Origin: Alphaproteobacteria bacterium | GTDB lineage: Bacteria; Pseudomonadota; Alphaproteobacteria; UBA6615 | Assembly: GCA_965261975.1 (NCBI GenBank) | Contig: CBDHEC010000036.1 | Coordinates: 9,842-73,841, forward strand | DNA length: 64,000 bases | Direction of reading: 5' to 3' | Shown: positions 45,281-58,892 of the stretch, one piece after another | Layout: each line of letters starts with the position of its first letter | Numbering within the stretch: the first letter of the stretch is position 1 | Position numbers and translations under genes: made by a program | Notes under the pieces: model-generated | Told to the model about the DNA's origin: nothing | The model's database searches: none | What the model saw: the letters and a program-made list of their open reading frames with translations, nothing else

Positions 45281-46447
45281 ATGGGCGACGACATAGTTCA
45301 AGCTGCGTCCCCTGCTGCGGTGCGCGACCGCATCCAGGAGAAGGCGCATGCGCTGGGATTCAGCGCGGTCGGGTTCGCCCCGGTGCACCTGGCACCTGAA
45401 ATCCGCGATCATCTCGCACAGTTCATCGAGGAGGGCCGGCACGGCGACATGGACTGGATGCCGGCGAAGGCAGACCGTCGAAGCGAACCGGCGGCACTCT
45501 GGCCGCAAGCGCGTTCCGTGATCGCGCTCGCGATGGCCTACACGCCCGACGATTCGGCGTTCGACAGCCTGGACCAGGACGGTGTGGGACATCTTTCGGT
45601 CTATGCCCGCGGGCGCGACTATCACGACGTGGTCAAGAAGCGCCTCAAGGCGCTGGGGCGCTGGATTTGTGATGAGTTCCCGGGCGACGTGAAGGTGTTC
45701 GTCGACACGGCACCGGTGATGGAGAAGCCGGTGGCCCAGATCGCCGGTCTCGGCTGGCAGGGCAAACACACCAATCTGGTGTCGCGCGAACACGGCTCAT
45801 GGTTGTTCCTGGGCGAAGTGTTCACGACGCTCGAGCTGCCAGATGATCGCGGTATGAACGATCATTGCGGCGGTTGCCGGCGCTGTCTCGATGCCTGTCC
45901 GACCGACGCGTTTCCCGCGCCCTATCAGATCGATGCGCGGCGGTGCATCTCCTACCTCACCATCGAGCATAAAGGGCCGATCGATCGGGAACTGCGGCCC
46001 TTGATCGGCAACAGGATATACGGCTGTGACGATTGTCTGGCGGCCTGCCCGTGGAATAAGTTCGCAGCGACCGCGCCGGTGACCGAATTGCGGGCGCGCC
46101 CGGAATTTGCCAAGCCGCGACTGGCCGATCTGGCAGGCCTGGATGACGGCGCGTTTCGCAGTCTTTTCTCGAAGACGGCGATCAAGCGCGTGGGGCGCGA
46201 CCGGTTCTTGCGCAACGTGCTTATTGCGATGGGCAATGTCGGGACCGAAGAAGACGCCGTCGTCGCCCGCGAGCGGCTCGACGATGCGTCTGCGCTCGTG
46301 CGCGGGGCGGCGGTTTGGGCGCTGTCCCGGTTGATGCCGGGCGACGCCTTTGCCGAGCTGCGGCGCCAACACATGCCCGGGGAGAGGGACAGCGATGTTC
46401 TGTCGGAATGGGCCGCAAGCGGGACGGACGACGGACGGTTGCGCTAG
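45281..46447 (+). CDS. queG: Epoxyqueuosine reductase QueG (cobalamin and 4Fe-4S dependent)
   Basis: YARGRDYH, VDTAPVMEK, CGGCRRCLDACPT, CISYLTIE, YGCDDCLAACPWN; start uncertain. Confidence 0.95.
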   Translation: MGDDIVQAASPAAVRDRIQEKAHALGFSAVGFAPVHLAPEIRDHLAQFIEEGRHGDMDWMPAKADRRSEPAALWPQARSVIALAMAYTPDDSAFDSLDQDGVGHLSVYARGRDYHDVVKKRLKALGRWICDEFPGDVKVFVDTAPVMEKPVAQIAGLGWQGKHTNLVSREHGSWLFLGEVFTTLELPDDRGMNDHCGGCRRCLDACPTDAFPAPYQIDARRCISYLTIEHKGPIDRELRPLIGNRIYGCDDCLAACPWNKFAATAPVTELRARPEFAKPRLADLAGLDDGAFRSLFSKTAIKRVGRDRFLRNVLIAMGNVGTEEDAVVARERLDDASALVRGAAVWALSRLMPGDAFAELRRQHMPGERDSDVLSEWAASGTDDGRLR

Positions 46448-46483
46448 TCTGCGTCGCTGGACGTTCCAACGAAGGAAAACATC

Positions 46484-46978
46484 ATGGCTGAACCGTTAAC
46501 CGACGTCGTGCACGAGTTTGTGGCGCTTCATGACGACGAAGTCGACTGGCAGGACGGAGAGGGTGCGAACGAAATTCTGGCGTTGCCGCCCGGCGTGCAG
46601 GTCAAGATCTTCAACTATGACGCGGCGATGGGCCGGGTCGATATGAAGGTCAAGTTCCCGCCGGGCTATGTGGAACCTGAACATAGCCATAAAAGTTGGC
46701 ACTCGATCGTGGTGCTTGCCGGGCGAATGTGCGTGGCGGGGAAGGACCTGCGACCGGGCGACTATGTATTTGGCGGCAACATGCCCCACGGGCCCTATGA
46801 GTACCCCGATGGTTGCGAAGTTTTCATCGTCTTCATGGGAGAGGGAACCCAGCATGAATGGGACGAGGAGAAACATCTCGCCCATGAAAACAGCTGGGAA
46901 GCCGAGACCGACGACGGCAAGGCCGGCGTCGCCCGGCAGGCGGCGGCACGCGCCGGCGGCAAGGTTAGCGCGGACTGA
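46484..46978 (+). CDS. Cupin domain protein (ChrR-like cupin)
   Basis: FPPGYVEPEHSH...GDYVF...PHGP cupin motifs; AAGGA RBS. Confidence 0.75.
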   Translation: MAEPLTDVVHEFVALHDDEVDWQDGEGANEILALPPGVQVKIFNYDAAMGRVDMKVKFPPGYVEPEHSHKSWHSIVVLAGRMCVAGKDLRPGDYVFGGNMPHGPYEYPDGCEVFIVFMGEGTQHEWDEEKHLAHENSWEAETDDGKAGVARQAAARAGGKVSAD

Positions 46979-46981
46979 GCC

Positions 46982-47587
46982 ATGCCGACATATTTCTTCT
47001 ATTGCCGCGACAAACCCGACAGCCGCGATATCCGCAAGGCGGTTGTCGAGGAGCATTGGGCGTTCATGGACGGGTATGCGGACCAGATGGTGGCACGCGG
47101 TCCGAGTCTGGCCGACGATGGCGAGACGCCGACCGGCAGCATGCATATGGTTGAGTTGCCGGACGCGGAAGCGGCACGGGTGTTCGCCTATGAGGAGCCG
47201 TATGCGAAGGCCGGCGTGTTCGACGACATCATCGTTCGACGATGGCGTAACGCACTCGGGCGCACGATGTGGGATTTCGAGGGCGATCCGGACAACAATC
47301 AGCGTTTCCTGCTGATCGGTCACGGGCGACCGGATACGACCGAAGAGCGAGACAGCCTGCTCGAGGCCCATCGCGAATACTTCATCGATGGCGGGTATCT
47401 GCCGCGATTTATCGAGCGGGGGCCGCTGTACAACGACGACGAAAGCGAATGGGTCGGAAGTGCCATGCTGATCGAATTGCCCGATCGCGGCGCTGTCGAG
47501 GAAATGCTCGAGAACGAGCCTTACTGCAAGGCGGGTCTCTACACGAGCATCGACATTCATCGCTGGCGGTTCGGCGGGCGACACTAG
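46982..47587 (+). CDS. YciI family protein with two tandem domains
   Basis: Two repeats: EEHWAFM...ARGPSL...GSM...EPYAKAG and EAHREYF...ERGPLY...GSA...EPYCKAG. Confidence 0.85.
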   Translation: MPTYFFYCRDKPDSRDIRKAVVEEHWAFMDGYADQMVARGPSLADDGETPTGSMHMVELPDAEAARVFAYEEPYAKAGVFDDIIVRRWRNALGRTMWDFEGDPDNNQRFLLIGHGRPDTTEERDSLLEAHREYFIDGGYLPRFIERGPLYNDDESEWVGSAMLIELPDRGAVEEMLENEPYCKAGLYTSIDIHRWRFGGRH

Positions 47588-47692
47588 TTCCGAGGCCTGC
47601 GTCGGCGACGGGTTGTCGACGAACCGTTGCGCCGGGCGCGCGGGCGGCTTACATAGACGCCCGACTGCCACCAACCTGTTGAGAGTGCGCCC

Positions 47693-49372
47693 GTGAACAC
47701 CCCGCAGTATGTCTATGTCATGAAGGGCCTGACCAAGGCCTTTCCTGGCGGCCGCAAGGTCGTCGAAGATGTCTGGTTGAGCTTCTTGCCCGGCGCAAAG
47801 ATTGGCGTCCTGGGACTGAACGGCTCCGGCAAATCCACCCTGCTCAAGATCATGGCCGGCCTTGATAGCGAGTATCAGGGTGAAGCCTGGGCTGCCGATG
47901 GCTTGAAGGTGGGTTTTCTGCCCCAGGAACCCGATCTCGATCCCGACAAGGATGTGATGGGCAATGTCATGGAAGGCGTTGCCGAGACCAAGGCGCTGCT
48001 CGACCGTTTCAACGAAGTGAGCATGCGCTTTGGCGAGGATCTCACCCCCGAGGAGATGGATGCGCTGATCGCGGAGCAGGCCGAGTTGCAGAACGAAATC
48101 GACGCCAGCGATGCATGGGAGCTGGATCGCCAGATCGAGATCGCTATGGACGCACTTCGGTGCCCGCCCGGCGAGGCCGACGTCTCGAAACTTTCGGGCG
48201 GTGAGCGGCGCCGGGTGGCACTTTGCCGTCTGCTGTTGTCCCGGCCCGACATGCTTCTGCTCGATGAGCCGACGAACCATCTCGATGCGGAATCCGTTGC
48301 CTGGCTTGAGCGCTTTCTCGAGGATTATTCAGGCACCGTGGTGGCAGTGACCCATGATCGTTACTTCCTCGACAATGTCGCCGGCTGGATTCTCGAACTG
48401 GATCGCGGCAAGGGGCTTCCCTTCGAAGGCAACTACAGCGCTTGGCTTGAGGCGAAAGAGAAACGTCTGGCCCAGGAAGAGCGCGAGGAAACTTCCCGCC
48501 AGCGCACGATCAAGCAGGAGCTTGAGTGGGTGCGCCAAAGCCCACGAGCCCGCCAGGCCAAGAGCAAGGCACGCGTCGATGCCTATGAAAAGTTGGTTGC
48601 CGCGAGTCAAGACAAGGCGCCTGAACGCCAGCAGATCACGATCCCGCCGGGCCCGCGTCTCGGCGACCTGGTGATCGAGGCGGAGGGCATTCGCAAGGGT
48701 TTCGGAAATCACCTGTTGATCGACGATCTGAGCTTCAAGATGCCGCCGGGCGCGATCGTCGGTGTGATCGGGCCGAATGGCGCGGGTAAAACCACCTTCT
48801 GCCGCATGGTGACGTCGCAGGATACGCCCGATTCAGGAGATTTTCGGATCGGCGATACCGTGGTGATGGGATATGTGGACCAGAGCCGCGACGCCCTGTC
48901 AGATGAAAAGACTGTCTGGGAGGAGATTTCCGACGGTATTGATGTGATCGAGCTCGGCAAACGCAATGTGCAGAGCCGCGCCTATGTTGCCGGGTTTAAT
49001 TTCAAGGGATCGGATCAGCAGAAACCTGTCGGCCAATTGTCCGGCGGCGAGCGCAACCGGGTGCATCTTGCGAAGGTTCTGAAGTCCGGTTCCAACTTCC
49101 TGATGCTGGATGAGCCGACCAATGATCTGGACGTCGATACGTTGCGTGCGCTCGAGGAGGCGTTGCTGGAGTTCCCCGGTTGCGCGATCGTGGTGAGCCA
49201 TGACCGTTGGTTCCTCGACCGGATCGCGACCCATATTCTCGCGTTCGAGGGAGACAGCGAGGTGGTGTGGTTCGAAGGTAACTACGATGCCTATACAGAG
49301 GACCTGAAGCGCCGGAAGGGAGCCGATGCCGATCAGCCTCACCGGATCAAGTACAAGCCTCTCCAGCGCTGA
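47693..49372 (+). CDS. ettA: Energy-dependent translational throttle protein EttA (ABC-F)
   Basis: Two ABC domains ([18 protein letters not shown]), LSGGE motifs, C-terminal PHRIKYKPL. Confidence 0.96.
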   Translation: MNTPQYVYVMKGLTKAFPGGRKVVEDVWLSFLPGAKIGVLGLNGSGKSTLLKIMAGLDSEYQGEAWAADGLKVGFLPQEPDLDPDKDVMGNVMEGVAETKALLDRFNEVSMRFGEDLTPEEMDALIAEQAELQNEIDASDAWELDRQIEIAMDALRCPPGEADVSKLSGGERRRVALCRLLLSRPDMLLLDEPTNHLDAESVAWLERFLEDYSGTVVAVTHDRYFLDNVAGWILELDRGKGLPFEGNYSAWLEAKEKRLAQEEREETSRQRTIKQELEWVRQSPRARQAKSKARVDAYEKLVAASQDKAPERQQITIPPGPRLGDLVIEAEGIRKGFGNHLLIDDLSFKMPPGAIVGVIGPNGAGKTTFCRMVTSQDTPDSGDFRIGDTVVMGYVDQSRDALSDEKTVWEEISDGIDVIELGKRNVQSRAYVAGFNFKGSDQQKPVGQLSGGERNRVHLAKVLKSGSNFLMLDEPTNDLDVDTLRALEEALLEFPGCAIVVSHDRWFLDRIATHILAFEGDSEVVWFEGNYDAYTEDLKRRKGADADQPHRIKYKPLQR

Positions 49373-49415
49373 GTTCGCTAATCGTTATCTGGATGTCGGG
49401 CCGAGGTCTGGCGGA

Positions 49416-50033
49416 CTAGCTGTCTCGCATCTTGCGCAACTGCTCCAGCAGTGACGACAATTTTCGACCGTTGTTGCGAATGAAAGAGTTGAACTCGTCA
49501 CGTTGCGTCTGCGCCATGCTGAAGCCCGCAACATTCACATCGGTAATCTTGATTACGTCACCCAGGCTCGCGACCCGCCATTCGATCAGAACGGGTGACG
49601 TCGGGCTGGTGAAAAACTCGCTGGACACCAGCGCCACCTTTTCCGGGCCGTTACTCGGAACATTCGTGGCGCCACGGACTTCGAATGCCTGACCGGAATA
49701 CTGTGAAAACCGGTCCGCCCATGTGGTGACGATCACGTCTTCGAAGAGCACGAGATATTCCTCACGCTCCTGCTTGGACGCGCCCCGCCAGTAACGGCCC
49801 AGCGCGAAGCGCGCAACGCCGTCGACGGCGAATCCTTCGCGGAACAGATTTCTGAACTGCACGCGCCGTTCGTCGGTGGTGATATCGGAATCGGTCAGCG
49901 TCGTGATCGCGCGATCGGACAGCGTCTTGATGAATTTGACGGACGTGTCCAGATGATCGTCAGCCTGCACCGACGGGGCGGTGAAGAACAATGCGAGGAC
50001 AACAACGAACGCCGTTGTGAAGCGCACGGTCAT
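49416..50033 (-). CDS. mlaC: Phospholipid-binding protein MlaC/Ttg2D
   Basis: Signal peptide, ARFALGRYWR, KITDVNVAGFSM...QRDEF; follows mlaA. Confidence 0.85.
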   Translation of the reverse strand: MTVRFTTAFVVVLALFFTAPSVQADDHLDTSVKFIKTLSDRAITTLTDSDITTDERRVQFRNLFREGFAVDGVARFALGRYWRGASKQEREEYLVLFEDVIVTTWADRFSQYSGQAFEVRGATNVPSNGPEKVALVSSEFFTSPTSPVLIEWRVASLGDVIKITDVNVAGFSMAQTQRDEFNSFIRNNGRKLSSLLEQLRKMRDS

Positions 50034-50044
50034 GGGCCCCGGCC

Positions 50045-50842
50045 TTACTTTCCTGACGCGGTTTCTTTGGCGTCCGATTTCTCTTCCAGGTCCAACCCAA
50101 GCGTCGGAGCGGGCTGAACTGGAACCGATCCACCATTCCGAACCTGAGCCTCGCGCTGCTGGCGATACAAGCTGCGTACGGCCGCATAATAGTCGAGCGA
50201 GTTTCGCTGCAGATCCCGGACCTGGTCCACGTTGTTGGAGCGCACGACAACAGCGTTGCCGGCAGCACGACCGATGGCCACCGGAGTGTCCGTTACCCAT
50301 CCCACCGGATCGAAGAAGAAGTCGCCGATCGCGCCGAAGGTTCCGCGGACCGAAGACGGTCCGAGCAAGGGCAGCATGACGTAGGGGCCAGGCTCGAAGC
50401 CCCAGACGGCAAGTGTCTGGCCTGCATCTTCGTATACGGGCTCCTGGTCCGGCATCGTGTTGCCGAGGAGAAATGTCGGGAGTGCGGTGAAGAAACGCGT
50501 CGCCGCGAGATTTGCCCGATCCATATCGCCCTGCAGGAGCGAATACAGGAAGCTCATCGGCATGAAGAGATTGGTGATGAAGTTCTCGACCGGCGGTTTC
50601 AGCTCATCAGGAAACAGATCGCGGTAGGTGACAGCCGTAGGCTGCAGAACCAATTGGTCGACTGCGACATTGGCCGAGAAGATCAGACGGTTCGCCGGTT
50701 CGAAGGGATCATTCGCTTCTTCGTAAGCGGCCATCGCCTCCTTGTCGCCGGTCGGCGGAATCGCACATGCCGTCAGCGCGCCCATCAGCAGCGCCGCAAA
50801 CAAGAACCGAGAAGGTCGTAGGTCAGTAAGTGTTTTCAACAT
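50045..50842 (-). CDS. mlaA: VacJ/MlaA lipoprotein
   Basis: Lipobox LTAC, NDPFEPANR, EDAGQTL..WG..PGPYVMLPLLGPS, DYYAAVRSLYRQ. Confidence 0.9.
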   Translation of the reverse strand: MLKTLTDLRPSRFLFAALLMGALTACAIPPTGDKEAMAAYEEANDPFEPANRLIFSANVAVDQLVLQPTAVTYRDLFPDELKPPVENFITNLFMPMSFLYSLLQGDMDRANLAATRFFTALPTFLLGNTMPDQEPVYEDAGQTLAVWGFEPGPYVMLPLLGPSSVRGTFGAIGDFFFDPVGWVTDTPVAIGRAAGNAVVVRSNNVDQVRDLQRNSLDYYAAVRSLYRQQREAQVRNGGSVPVQPAPTLGLDLEEKSDAKETASGK

Positions 50843-51137
50843 TATCTCTATTCTACATCTCAAGTTCGGCTCCCTTACCCAGGAAACAAAGCCGAATGCG
50901 TGACCTGCACACAAAACAACCGCCTCACCATGCCCTGATGCCCTTGAGGGAACCTTAACGTGCCGCCCCCGCGACAAGTCTCGGTCAGGTCGTGTGATGA
51001 ATTTGCTACCACAGCCCTTGGTACAGCGCCACACGGCAAGCAGGAGATCAGAACAGTACTCGAAAAATGTTGCAAAAAGATACAGTTTTCAAAGACGAAT
51101 CGAGCACAGCCACGAGAAATTTGTGGCAAACATAAAG

Positions 51138-51157
51138 ATATAAATATATGTTTATGT
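51138..51157 (+). promoter_or_regulatory. Putative SahR operator
   Basis: ATATAAATATATGTTTATGT resembles the alphaproteobacterial SahR palindrome as recalled (ATATAAAGATATCTTTATAT-like); it lies upstream of sahR-metF-metH. Confidence 0.65.
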
Positions 51158-51252
51158 CAATGGGCGTGCGAATCGACGACGTTCGTCCCGATTCGTCTCA
51201 GTTCCAACGACAACCAAATCCCGACAGATACTGGAAAGAGCCCGGCACACTC

Positions 51253-52221
51253 ATGGACCAAGTCCTGGCAATACTGCGTGCGGCCGGAGAGCCAAACCGC
51301 CTTCGGATTCTGGCCCTGTGTGCCCAGGGCGATCTGACCGTCAGTGAACTGACCCGAATTCTCCGGCAAAGCCAGCCCAGCATTTCCCGGCACCTCAAGG
51401 TCTTGTGTGACGCCGGGCTGCTGGAGCGCCTGCAGGAGGGCAGTTGGGCATTCTTTCATCTCGCGGCAGGCACGCCGACAGCGGATATTCTGCGTTCTCT
51501 TATTGAGGAAATCGACGATACGGACGGGATTATTGCGCGCGACAGGGTGCGCCTTGGCGAAATCAAGGATGCCCGGGCCCGGCTTGCCGAAGCCTACTTC
51601 CGAGAAGCCGCCGGTTCCTGGGACCAAATCCGGGCGCTGCATGTCGATGAGGGGGTGGTCGAGGGCGCGATCCAGGATCTTCTGGCGGGTGAAGTCCATG
51701 ACAACCTGCTGGACGTCGGGACCGGGACAGGTCGCATGCTCCAACTGCTCGGGGGACGTGTGCGTGAGGCGGTGGGGGTCGATCAGTCACACGATATGCT
51801 CGCCGTCGCGCGGACCAACCTTGCCGAGGCGCAATATCGCAATTGCAACGTGCGTCAGGCAGACATGTATCAGCTGCCGTTCGAAGACCAGTCATTCGAT
51901 CTCGTCATTCTGCATATGGTGTTGCATTTCGCCGACGAACCCGGTGATACGATCCGAGAAGCCGCGCGCGTCCTCAAGTCGGGCGGTACTTTCGTGGTGG
52001 TGGATTTCGCGCCCCATGCCATGGAGGAGCTTCGGGACAACCACGCGCATCGCCGCCTGGGCTTTCGGACCGAGGAAGTCGAGCATTGGGCGGCGGAGCA
52101 GGGGTTGCAAACGACCGACATACGCACCCTGCCGGGCAACTCGCTCAACGTCACACTATGGAAAACCCGACGGCCGGCAGACGTGCAGGCTATCGACACA
52201 CGCCCTCGGGCCAGCGCCTAG
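51253..52221 (+). CDS. sahR: ArsR HTH-methyltransferase fusion regulator (SahR type)
   Basis: RLRILAL...QSQPSISRHLKVL HTH plus LLDVGTGTG SAM-binding domain; first gene before metF and metH. Confidence 0.85.
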   Translation: MDQVLAILRAAGEPNRLRILALCAQGDLTVSELTRILRQSQPSISRHLKVLCDAGLLERLQEGSWAFFHLAAGTPTADILRSLIEEIDDTDGIIARDRVRLGEIKDARARLAEAYFREAAGSWDQIRALHVDEGVVEGAIQDLLAGEVHDNLLDVGTGTGRMLQLLGGRVREAVGVDQSHDMLAVARTNLAEAQYRNCNVRQADMYQLPFEDQSFDLVILHMVLHFADEPGDTIREAARVLKSGGTFVVVDFAPHAMEELRDNHAHRRLGFRTEEVEHWAAEQGLQTTDIRTLPGNSLNVTLWKTRRPADVQAIDTRPRASA

Positions 52222-52229
52222 GAACACTC

Positions 52230-53138
52230 ATGGGAACTCAGTCAGACAATATCGAACAGGCCGGTGAAGACCGACAGCTATCCGTCAGCTTCGAGTTCTT
52301 TCCGCCGAAAACACCGGAGATGGAAGCCTCGTTGTGGGACACCATCTGTGACCTCGCGCCGATCGGCCCGTCCTTCGTCTCGGTGACGTATGGCGCCGGC
52401 GGTTCGACGCGAGAACGAACCCATGCGACGGTTTCGCGGATCGTCAACGAAGCGGGGCTCACGGCAGCGGCGCATCTCACCTGCGTCGCCGCCACGCGGG
52501 ACGAGATCGAGAGTGTGGCACGAGATTACTGGGCCGCGGGCGTTCGCCATATCGTTGCTCTGCGTGGCGACCCGCCGGAAGGCGAGACAACCTATACTCC
52601 CCATCCCGACGGCTATGCCTACGCCGCCGACCTGGTGGCGGGACTGCAGTCGGTCGCGCCGTTCGAAATATCGGTGGCGGCGTATCCTGAGACCCATCCC
52701 GAGGCGCCCAGCCCGGCATTCGATATCGAAAACCTGAAGCGCAAGGCCGATGCGGGCGCCACCCGGGCGATCACGCAGTTTTTCTTCGAGAACGGCGCGT
52801 TTCTGCGGTTCCGGGACGAGGTTGCCACGGCCGGGATCGATATCCCCGTGGTGCCGGGAATCATGCCGGTCGGCAATTTCAAGAGCATGACCCGGTTTGC
52901 CGCCATGTGTGGCGCCAGTGTGCCGGCATGGCTGGCCAAGGCATTCGAGGGCCTCGATGACGACCCGGCGGGTCGGGTCGAGGTCGGGGAACGCCTCGCG
53001 AGTGAGCAATGCCTCGAACTTCGGTCTCACGGGATCGACAACTTCCATTTCTACACATTGAACCGCGCGGACATGACCCATGCGATCTGTCGCAATCTGG
53101 GCGTGGCCGAAGACGGTTCGGAGATAAAGCCGACATGA
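52230..53138 (+). CDS. metF: 5,10-methylenetetrahydrofolate reductase
   Basis: SFEFFPPK, SVTYGAGGS, AHLTC, ALRGDPP, ITQFFF, HFYTLNR. Confidence 0.97.
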   Translation: MGTQSDNIEQAGEDRQLSVSFEFFPPKTPEMEASLWDTICDLAPIGPSFVSVTYGAGGSTRERTHATVSRIVNEAGLTAAAHLTCVAATRDEIESVARDYWAAGVRHIVALRGDPPEGETTYTPHPDGYAYAADLVAGLQSVAPFEISVAAYPETHPEAPSPAFDIENLKRKADAGATRAITQFFFENGAFLRFRDEVATAGIDIPVVPGIMPVGNFKSMTRFAAMCGASVPAWLAKAFEGLDDDPAGRVEVGERLASEQCLELRSHGIDNFHFYTLNRADMTHAICRNLGVAEDGSEIKPT

Positions 53139-54207
53139 TTCAGATGCGAAGCAAGAAGGCACTCGTCGACGAACTGACGGAACGCATCGTCGTTCTGGAT
53201 GGGGCGATGGGAACCGAGATTCAGGCCTTGAACCTGGTTTCGGCCGACTATCACGGCAAGCATTTTGAAGGTCTGGGGAACGACCTGACGGGCAACAACG
53301 ATATCCTCAACCTGACCGCCCCCGACGCCATCCGCGATGTTCATCTGAGTTATCTGGCGGCAGGTGCCGACATCGTGGCCACCAATACATTCAACGCCAC
53401 CACGATTTCCCAGGCCGATTACGCGATGGAAGAATATGTGGTTGAGATCAATTCCGAAGGCGCGCGGCTGGCCCATGAGGCGTGCGACCAGGTGATGGAC
53501 AGCGAACCCGGGCGTACTTGCTGGGTTGCCGGTGCCATTGGACCGACGAACAAGACGACCTCCATATCACCCGACGTGAACGACCCCGGTTTCCGCGCGA
53601 TCGATTTCGACACGCTGAAGGAGTCCTACAAGCAAGCGGCACGCGCACTGCTCGTCGGCGGCGTAGACCTGTTTCTCATCGAGACCATCTTCGACACGCT
53701 GAATGCCAAGGCCTGCATCTTCGGGCTCGAGGAGTTGTTCGAGGAAACCGAGGAACGTCGGCCCATACTCATTTCGGGCACCATCACCGACCTGTCCGGC
53801 CGGACCCTGACCGGCCAGACACCCGAGGCGTTCTGGAATTCGGTCCGCCATGCCCAGCCGCTGACGATTGGTTTGAATTGTTCAATGGGCGCCGAGGGCA
53901 TGCGGCCCTACCTCGTCGAGCTGTCCCGGATCGCGGATACCTATATCTGTGCCTATCCCAATGCCGGCCTTCCGAATGAATTCGGTGAGTATGACGAGCA
54001 GGCCGAGGAAACGGCCGGTTTCTTGGGCGAGTGGGCCCAAGAGGGCCTGTTGAATATCGTCGGAGGCTGTTGCGGCACGACGCCGGCGCATATCGCGGCC
54101 ATCCGTAAGGCCGTCGACGGGGTGGCACCACGCGCCGTGCCGGAGCGTCCGACGGCGATGCGCCTTTCCGGGCTCGAGCCGTTCACGCTGGCCACGGGAG
54201 CATCGGC

Positions 54208-54211
<4 letters not shown>
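53135..54211 (+). CDS. metH: Methionine synthase, N-terminal homocysteine-binding module (split MetH)
   Basis: [37 protein letters not shown]. Confidence 0.93.
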
Positions 54212-56889
<2,678 letters not shown>

Positions 56890-56895
56890 CGAAGA

Positions 56896-58137
56896 CTATT
56901 CGTCGACGACCTTCCGTCGCGTCTCCGTTTCGGCGACCACCCGGCCGCGCCGGATCACGTAACGCCGGTCCGGCTTCTCCACGATGGCTTCCAGCGGCGA
57001 CTGCGCATCCAGTACGACAAGGTCGCCGGCGCAGCCCGGTTCCATGCCGTAGTCCGTCAAACCCAGAACTTTTGCGCCACCCTGCGTCGTCATGTTGAAG
57101 ACGGCTTCGATTTCGTCGGGCTGGCTCATATGGGCGGCGTGGGCCAGCAGGAAGGCCAGTTCCAGCGGGTCGTCGCGGCCGAACGGGTAGAACATGTCGC
57201 GCAGATTATCCTGCCCGAATGCCACATTGACCCCGCGGTCCAGAAGTTTCTTCACCCGCGTGATCCCCCGCCGCTTGGGGTGGGAATCCTCGCGCCCCTG
57301 GAGCATCAGGTTGGTGGCCGGGTTGGTCGCCATATGAATGCCCGCCTCGGCTACCATGTCCATGACCCGGTTTGCATGGGCATCGGGGTAGGCGGCCAGC
57401 GCACAGGTATGACCTGCCACGACGCGGCCTTGCCAGCCATGGGCGACGGTGGCCTCGCAGAGCATCTCCAGTGTGCGCGCCTCCGGGTCGTCCGTCTCGT
57501 CGATATGCATGTCGACCGTGCAGTCATGTTCGCGGGCGATGTCGAAGGCGATCTCGATATGCGCGCGGCTCTCCTGCGGGCCCGGCTCGTTGAAAGGCAT
57601 GCCGCCGATCTGGTCGGCTCCGCGATCCATGGCCTCGCGCAGCAGCGCTTCGCAACCCGGATCGCCGACGATGCCTTTCTGAGGAAAGGCGACGATCTGC
57701 AGCTCCAGCAGGTCTGCGAATTGCGCTCGCACGTCCAGCAGTGCGTTGAATGCGGTAAGGCCGCAGCCGGTATCGATGTCGATATGGGTGCGCATGCGGG
57801 TCACGCCGTTGGTGACCGCGGACCGGATGATCTGCCCGGCGCGCTCGATGATGTCCGCGGATGTGTAGCTGTCCTTGCGGGCCCCGAGGATCGCGATCGC
57901 CTCGTCGAGGGAGCCGCTGACATTCACCGGAATACTGTCGGCCAGCAGGACCTTGTCCAAATGGATATGGGGCTCGACGAAGCCCGGTACGCACAGGCGA
58001 CCCTCGGCGTCGAGGATTCTCGCGGCGGCTGGGTCGACTGTGTCGTGCGCGACATAGACGCCGCCGGAGATCGCGAGGTCGACGGGGCCGTGCGGGCCCC
58101 GGATGTCGGCATTGCGGATAATCAGGTCTTTATGCAT
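56896..58137 (-). CDS. Amidohydrolase, cytosine deaminase (CodA)/AtzC-like deaminase
   Basis: EPHIHLDK, IVAFPQ, MHIDET, GHTCAL, GQDNLRD. Confidence 0.88.
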   Translation of the reverse strand: MHKDLIIRNADIRGPHGPVDLAISGGVYVAHDTVDPAAARILDAEGRLCVPGFVEPHIHLDKVLLADSIPVNVSGSLDEAIAILGARKDSYTSADIIERAGQIIRSAVTNGVTRMRTHIDIDTGCGLTAFNALLDVRAQFADLLELQIVAFPQKGIVGDPGCEALLREAMDRGADQIGGMPFNEPGPQESRAHIEIAFDIAREHDCTVDMHIDETDDPEARTLEMLCEATVAHGWQGRVVAGHTCALAAYPDAHANRVMDMVAEAGIHMATNPATNLMLQGREDSHPKRRGITRVKKLLDRGVNVAFGQDNLRDMFYPFGRDDPLELAFLLAHAAHMSQPDEIEAVFNMTTQGGAKVLGLTDYGMEPGCAGDLVVLDAQSPLEAIVEKPDRRYVIRRGRVVAETETRRKVVDE

Positions 58138-58189
58138 GTGGCGGGTGCTCCCGCCGACATCTTAGACCCGGATTAGCGCGGCGGGCGTG

Positions 58190-58816
58190 CTATTTCCCGA
58201 TCATGGCGAGGAATTCCTGGCGGGTCGCGGGATCATCGCGGAATGCACCCAGCATGCGGCTCGTGACCATATCGACGCCGGTCTTGTTGACGCCGCGGGT
58301 GCTCATGCACTGGTGTGCCGCCTCGATCACCACCGCGACACCACGCGGTTCGAGCACCTCGTCGATGATATTGGCGATCTGGGCGGTCATCTTTTCCTGG
58401 ATCTGCAGGCGCCGGGCATAGGCCTCGACGATGCGGGCGAGCTTGCTGATCCCCACCACACGGGTTCTCGGCAGATAGGCGACATGCGCCCGTCCGATGA
58501 TCGGCGCCATGTGGTGTTCGCAATGGCTGACGAAGTCGATGTTGCGCAGCAGGACGATCTCGTCATAGCCGTCGGTCTCGGAGAATGTCCGCTCGAGAAT
58601 CGCTACGGGGTCATCGAGGTAGCCGCCGAAGAACTCGTCATAGGAGCGGACGACGCGATCGGGTGTGTCGAGAAGGCCCTCGCGCGTCGGATCGTCGCCC
58701 GCATAGGCGAGGAGAGTCCGTACCGCGGAGAGCGCCGCATCACGTGATGGGCGTTCGGTGTTGGTGGATGTGCCGATGTCGGCGGCGGTATCGGGTTGGC
58801 GCTTCGGCGCGTTCAT
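58190..58816 (-). CDS. folE: GTP cyclohydrolase I
   Basis: [39 protein letters not shown]. The second ATG (58816) is preferred because ATG 58840 overlaps a TATAAT box. Confidence 0.95.
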   Translation of the reverse strand: MNAPKRQPDTAADIGTSTNTERPSRDAALSAVRTLLAYAGDDPTREGLLDTPDRVVRSYDEFFGGYLDDPVAILERTFSETDGYDEIVLLRNIDFVSHCEHHMAPIIGRAHVAYLPRTRVVGISKLARIVEAYARRLQIQEKMTAQIANIIDEVLEPRGVAVVIEAAHQCMSTRGVNKTGVDMVTSRMLGAFRDDPATRQEFLAMIGK

Positions 58817-58892
58817 ATGCTGGATCCCTGTCGCGTTCATTATAGGGATGTACGTACAGACAAGCCGGGCGGATCACGGCCAGGCGGATATT

